Part shown: positions 62,301 to 64,000 of the stretch, piece by piece
Numbering within the stretch: the first letter of the stretch is position 1
Layout of the letters: each line of letters opens with the position of its first letter
Origin: Mustelus asterias
Taxonomy: Eukaryota
Direction: 5' to 3'
Assembly (NCBI RefSeq): GCF_964213995.1
Contig: NC_135805.1
Location: 145,886,001 to 145,950,000 of the forward strand
DNA length: 64,000 nucleotides
Made by a program: the position numbers and the translations under genes
Notes under the pieces: model-generated
Seen by the model: only the letters and a program-made list of their open reading frames with translations
Told to the model about the DNA's origin: nothing
The model's database searches: none

Positions 62301-64000
62301 GAGTGTGTAAACCAGGGGTGTTTGTAAACCAGGGGAGTGTGCAAACCAGGGGAGTGTGCAAACCAGGGGAGTGTGTAAACCAGGGGAGTTTGTAAACCAG
62401 GGGAGTGTGCAAACCAGGGGAGTGTGCAAACCAGGGGAGTTTGTAAACCAGGGGAGTTTGTAAACCAGGGGAGTGTGTAAACCAGGGGTGTTTGTAAACC
62501 AGGGGAGTGTGCAAACCAGGGGAGTGTGTAAACCAGGGGAGTTTGTAAACCAGGGGAGTGTGTAAACCAGGGGTGTTTGTAAACCAGGGGAGTGTGCAAA
62601 CCAGGGGACTGTGCAAACCAGGGGAGTGTGTAAACCAGGGGAGTGTGTAAACCAGGGGTGTGAGTAAACCAGGGGAGTGTGCAAACCAGGGGAGTTTGTA
62701 AACCAGGGGAGTGTGCAAACCAGGGGAGTGTGTAAACCAGGGGTGTGTGTAAACCAGGGGAGTGAGTAAACCAGGGGAGTGTGTAAACCAGGGGATTGTG
62801 TAAACCAGGGGAGTGTGTAAACCAGGGGAGTTTGTAAACCAGGGGAGTGTGTAAACCAGGGGTGTGTGTAAACCAGGGGTGTGTGTAAACCAGGGGAGTG
62901 TGTAAATCAGGGGAGTGTGTAAACCAGGGGAGTTTGTAAACCAGGGGAGTGTGTAAACCAGGGGAGTTTGTAAATCAGGGGAATGTGTAAACCAGGGGAG
63001 TGTGTAAACCAGGGGAGTTTGTAAACCAGGGGAGTTTGTAAACCAGGGGAGTGTGTAAACCAGGGGAGTGTGTAAACCAGGGGAGTGAGTAAACCAGGGG
63101 AGTGTGTAAACCAGGGGATTGTGTAAACCAGGGGAGTGAGTAAACCAGGGGATTGTGTAAACCAGGGGAGTGTGTAAACCAGGGGAGTGAGTAAACCAGG
63201 GGAGTGTGTAAACCAGGGGATTGTGTAAACCAGGGGAGTGTGTAAACCAGGGGAGTGTGTAAACCAGGGGAGTGTGTAAACCAGGGGATTGTGTAAACCA
63301 GGGGAGTGTGTAAACCAGGGGAGTGTGTAAACCAGGGGAGTGTGTAAACCAGGGGAGTGTGTAAACCAGGGGATTGTGTAAACCAGGGGAGTGTGTAAAC
63401 CAGGGCAGTGTGTAAACCAGGGGTGTGTGTAAACCAGGGGAATGTGTAAACCAGGGGAGTGTGTAAACCAGGGGAGTGTGTAAACCAGGGCAGTGTGTAA
63501 ACCAGGGGATTGTGTAAACCAGGGGTGTGTGTAAACCAGGGCAGTGTGTAAACCAGGGGATTGTGTAAACCAGGGCAGTGTGTAAACCAGGGGATTGTGT
63601 AAACCAGGGCAGTGTGTAAACCAGGGGTGTGTGTAAACCAGGGGATTGTGTAAACCAGGGCAGTGTGTAAACCAGGGGAGTTTGTAAACCAGGGGAGTGT
63701 GTAAACCCGGGGAGTTTGTAAACCAGGGGAGTGTGTAAACCAGGGGTGTGTGTAAACCAGGGGAGTGTGTAAACCAGGGGAGTTTGTAAACCAGGGGAGT
63801 GTGCAAACCAGGGGAGTATGTAAACCAGGGGAGTTTGTAAACCAGGGGAGTGTGTAAACCAGGGGAGTGTGTAAACCAGGGGAATGTGTAAACCAGGGGA
63901 GTTTGTAAACCAGGGGAGTGTGTAAACCAGGGGTGTGTGTAAACCAGGGGTGTGTGTAAACCAGGGGAGTGAGTAAATCAGGGGAGTGTGTAAACCAGGG
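29372..64000. repeat. 17-bp tandem satellite (GGGGAGTGTGTAAACCA)n, ~2,040 units, running off the window end
   Basis: Continuous 17-nt period with mostly single-substitution variant units and multi-kb higher-order duplications. Confidence 0.99.

Noticed and set aside
29358-63806. Giant minus-strand ORFs (up to 1466 aa) of WFTHSPGLHTPLVYTLP repeats
   Set aside because: They arise from a stop-free 17-mer, appear in all three frames at once, start at TTG rather than ATG, and end at random variant units. No evidence of coding constraint.
29372-64000. CRISPR array or telomeric repeat
   Set aside because: No unique spacers and no cas genes in a vertebrate context; the unit is not TTAGGG.

Overview
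Eukaryotic (vertebrate) DNA. The V-SINE/HE1-type SINEs, CR1 LINEs and Penelope-like elements suggest a shark or other elasmobranch (inference). The first ~28.6 kb is a replication-dependent histone locus. It holds intronless H4(+), H3(+), H2B(+), H3(-), H4(-) and H1(-), each with a 3' stem-loop, plus a deleted H2A pseudogene and a deleted third H4 copy. These are interspersed with SINEs, CR1 fragments, a solo LTR and Neptune-type Penelope-like elements. The Penelope terminal repeats carry at least six copies of a minimal type I hammerhead ribozyme whose stem I covaries between copies. From ~28.7 kb (degenerate) and ~29.4 kb (homogeneous) to the window end lies a 17-bp satellite (GGGGAGTGTGTAAACCA, ~2,000 units) with multi-kb higher-order duplications. 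The long minus-strand ORFs in the track over that region are by-products of the repeat.
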